Assembly: GCA_009914755.4 (NCBI GenBank)
Contig: CP068257.2
Span: 24,672,001-24,736,000, forward strand
Length of the DNA: 64,000 nucleotides
Source of the DNA: the human T2T-CHM13v2.0 reference genome, Homo sapiens
Reading direction: 5' to 3'
The position numbers and the translations under genes are program-made. Within the stretch, counting starts at the first letter, position 1. The number at the start of each line of letters is the position of its first letter. The notes under the pieces were generated by a model. That model was not told the DNA's origin, searched no databases, and saw only the letters and a program-made list of their open reading frames with translations. This document shows positions 60,713-64,000 of this stretch, piece after piece.

Positions 60713-62781
60713 AACTTCAGATCTCTTGTTATATTCTTGGTGATGATGATGTCAGTTTTACTAATTACGTCAAATCTGAGGTTCCAAAGCAGCTTTAAGA
60801 GAGACTGATATCTATGTGTGACTGCTTCTCTACTTCTGCAATGGAACATTTCAAGTTGTTGTTTTAAGAAATTCCTAAAATAGAATTTTACCCTACTGAT
60901 TTATTTACCTCATTGAAGGTAGAACTCAATGGCTAGTTTTTTTTTCCCGGCATAAACATGCACACACAGTTAGATAACTTTATGACACTTTTTTTTTCAC
61001 TCAACAAAAAGTTACTGAACTTATGCTAGGCCCTTGGCCCTTGGCAAGATTCTGGGAATATAAATACAAATAAGACCTGGTGCTTGCCCTTAAAGAACTC
61101 ATTGTTTAGCAGAGGAAACAGACACTTAAATGGTTGACCATAATATGCAATAATAAGTGTTGTAAAGTATGAACAAAGTGCTAGTCATTAAGAGTAACAG
61201 CCGTAAAGCCATATGTAGTTTTAGCTATATATAGATATAGCTCTGAGACATGAATACACATTAAATTCTTTCAAAAAAAAATCCCAGGAGGCTGAACAAT
61301 GTTATACAATGATGCTTAACATTTTTTTTGGAACACATGCCCTCCACAAGGCACATATTAATTGTCTACACTCAACAGAATTCAAAATAAAATAGTTATA
61401 AAAATAGAACAATGAGAAAAAGAACAGAGAAGTCTCTGTAATTTTGCAATAGGTGGAGGTAAGATGAGGGTAACTAAAGAGACAGTGTTTTAGGTAGCCA
61501 TATGGGTAGAAACCTAGACAAAGGCAAGTGAAAGATAGAGACTATTGATCTTGGCAGGGAAGGTACAGTCATCGTGATGTCTGATGGTCTTGCCAAAAGC
61601 TACAATTTCATGGCTCAGTAGGATTAGTTGGGCAGGAGAGTTTGAAGATACATATATAAAGCTTTAGAAGAGAGGGAGTTATATATTTTTGAAGATAGTA
61701 GATAAGTAACATTAGGACATCTGAGCAGATTGTAACATTTTCTGTGGACTATTGAATTTTTCACTGTCTACATTTAGTGGATTTTTAGAGGACGGGGCAA
61801 AATATGTTATCACGTCTAATCCATAAATAAGATATGGACAATCCTTTGCAGAATATCAACCGTTGCTTCACATTGTCGTTGAAGACAACTGCATGAATAC
61901 TAGTCTTTGTTGCTAGCTGTGATGAATAATAGCTAAGAAAAATACAGAACCCCCAAAACACAGTCTCTGTGTTTCTTGACATCCATGATGAGCAGCATGA
62001 GAAAAGGTGGCATGAATGGCTGCTATAAGGGCTTCCTAGTTCTCATGCTATGTCCCACAAACTATGATTTTAAATTAAAGATTAATTTCTTTGGTTTTTG
62101 CATACCAGGAAAGTCACATTTTCCTCAGTATACAAATAGCCCTGTCCTAATCCTGTAAGTTTGGGAAAGAAAAGTTAAAGGGGGAGGTGGGAATGTGATA
62201 AGACAATTCATCCATTCATTCATTTATTCAACAAACATTCATTTTGGAAGGTTCAATGGCATGTAGGTCTCAATGGAGTCAAACATTTCTGGATGTAAAT
62301 AACTAGAGAAGGGGGTTGGTAATGATGGGAGATGGTGATTGGAAGAAAAGTGATTGTTGAAGTGAGATTGTGAGTGGAGTGTTGTTATTGGCAATCACAA
62401 GACCTAGGGCAGTGCCTTCTAGTATTTTTTTTTCTATTGTGGTGCATATAGAAAGTGAAAATATTTATATAGCATATCTGGCTGGGGGCTTTAGGTGCTC
62501 CCATCCTGCTCAGCATCTGTGAGGGGCCAAAGAGCTCAACACCTCATGGACATGAGTTGGAGAGTTTGCTTGGTGCTATGACCATGGGAGTGGATGGCTG
62601 GGCCAGAATGATGAACCAGGAACTGAGAGGCCAAGGTGTTGGAAAGCTTACACACATAGAAATCAATCACCAAGGATTAATGACAGAGGTCATGTAGGAG
62701 ACAGCAACAGGACTCAATCAAAAAATAAGATCTTCAAAGAGGGCTGCAGACAACAGCAACAAGGAAGGATTGCTGTCTGAT

Positions 62782-63169
62782 TGTATTAGTCTGCTGGGGC
62801 TGCCTTAACAAATACCACAGGCTAGGTGGCTTAAACAACAGACATTTATTTTCTCACAGTTCTGGAGTCTAGAAGTCCAAGATCTAGGTGTTGGCAGGGT
62901 TGGTTCCTTCTGGGACCTTTCTCCTTGACTTGTAGATGGCTGTCTTCTCCCCTTTTCTTCCCAGGATCTTTCCTCTGTGTATGTTTGTGTCCTAATCTCC
63001 TCTTCTTATAAGGACATGAGTAATATTGGAGTAAGGCCCACTCTAATCATCTCATTTAACCTTAACCACCTCTTTAAATATCCCATATCCAAATCACATT
63101 CTATGGTACTGGGAGTTAGGACTTCAGCATATGAATTTGAGGGTGGGGGACATGATTCAGTTTATAACA
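62782..63169 (-). mobile_element. MLT1-like MaLR solo LTR, minus orientation
   Basis: tgtattagtctgctggggctgccttaacaaataccacaggctaggtggcttaaacaacagacatttattttctcacagttctggagtctagaagtccaagatctaggtgttggcagggttggttcc...cagtttataaca. The reverse complement gives the MLT1 3'-end signature. Paralog of 9103-9477. Confidence 0.7.
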
Positions 63170-64000
63170 GCAATGATATGAGCCTTAAGGTTGGGGAGGG
63201 TATAGGGAAGAGGGAGGGAGAATTCTCTGAAAGGGGCAATAAAGAGCAACAAGGCCACCTACTCCACCTCCAGACCTAGGAGGGAAAATAGCCATCGCTA
63301 AAGAGGGAAGCAAAGAAAACCATATCCTCGGGGGAACAAAAAGGTGAAGGGAAGATTAGGAGAAGAGGGTGACATTCTAGGGGATTTTATGCCTGGGAAT
63401 ATGGTGACACATCTCACACTTTTCTGACTCATCCATGTTGCATGTAGACACAAAATACACCTAGGAAATGGAATGTCTTATATGTGCTTGTGAAAAGTCT
63501 TCTTCTGCTCCTCCACCCAGGCTCATTCAGGGAGTCTCTTCCTTCCCAGGGCCCCTGAGAGTTACACTTTGCACCATCTCAATGGTGCAGTTCTCTATAA
63601 ATATGCTGATATCTGCACTTTCTGAAGCTTTCAAGGTGTAAAAATAGTGTTGTTTCCTCCTTTTGTGCACAATGAGCCTGAATCACACTGGGCTTCTTAA
63701 AGAAATGGGGGTAGACCCCTCCTCTGCTTGGAAATGTGCTTTGTCCCCTGGACCTTAGTCTCAGGGGCCCCTTGTGAAAACAGTGCCTTCCTCCATCTTT
63801 GGCCTGTTGCAGCTCCATTCATTTCTTGCAGGAGTGGTCTCTGCACCCAGGCTGGATAACAGACACGGTATAGTCCTCCTCAGTGGTTCTCTTTTTCTCC
63901 AGGTCATTATCTCTGTCTCTTAGGTGAACATGAAGCCTTTAGGGCAAATTAAATCATAAAGACTGAGATATCTTGGGCCTACAACCAGTTCATCAAGCAT

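Overview
This window is human (catarrhine primate) nuclear DNA, not a prokaryotic locus. Roughly 40% of it is recognisable interspersed repeats. There are about 16 Alu SINEs, several of which I aligned base-by-base to the Alu consensus and which carry intact target-site duplications (TSDs). L1 LINE sequence appears in many places. One is an older full-length element of about 9.5 kb with a tandem-monomer 5'UTR and four nested insertions. One is an L1PA copy with a 5' inversion. Three are L1PA 3' portions. Several are older L1 3'-end fragments. There are also ERVL-MaLR solo LTRs (THE1-like and MLT1-like), one MIR, one cut-and-paste DNA transposon, and a few microsatellites. I found no protein-coding exon, tRNA, rRNA, CRISPR array or operon-like organisation. 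Almost every ORF in the six-frame track is either a translation of Alu or LTR sequence or a decayed L1 ORF1/ORF2 remnant. The sequence between repeats is AT-rich and CpG-poor, which fits intronic or intergenic DNA. I see no evidence of a novel biological system. Structures that repeat annotation does not explain: (a) an unclassified inverted repeat at 12617-13235 with ~200-bp arms of ~94% identity, (b) a cluster of local duplications around a disrupted DNA transposon at 50491-51850, (c) a twin-priming-type inverted L1 with a 13-bp TSD, (d) a layered nesting history inside the full-length L1, and (e) a young AluY-like insertion with a perfect 16-bp TSD. Repeat family and subfamily names come from memory of consensus sequences. 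I ran no database search, so fine subfamily assignments are tentative.
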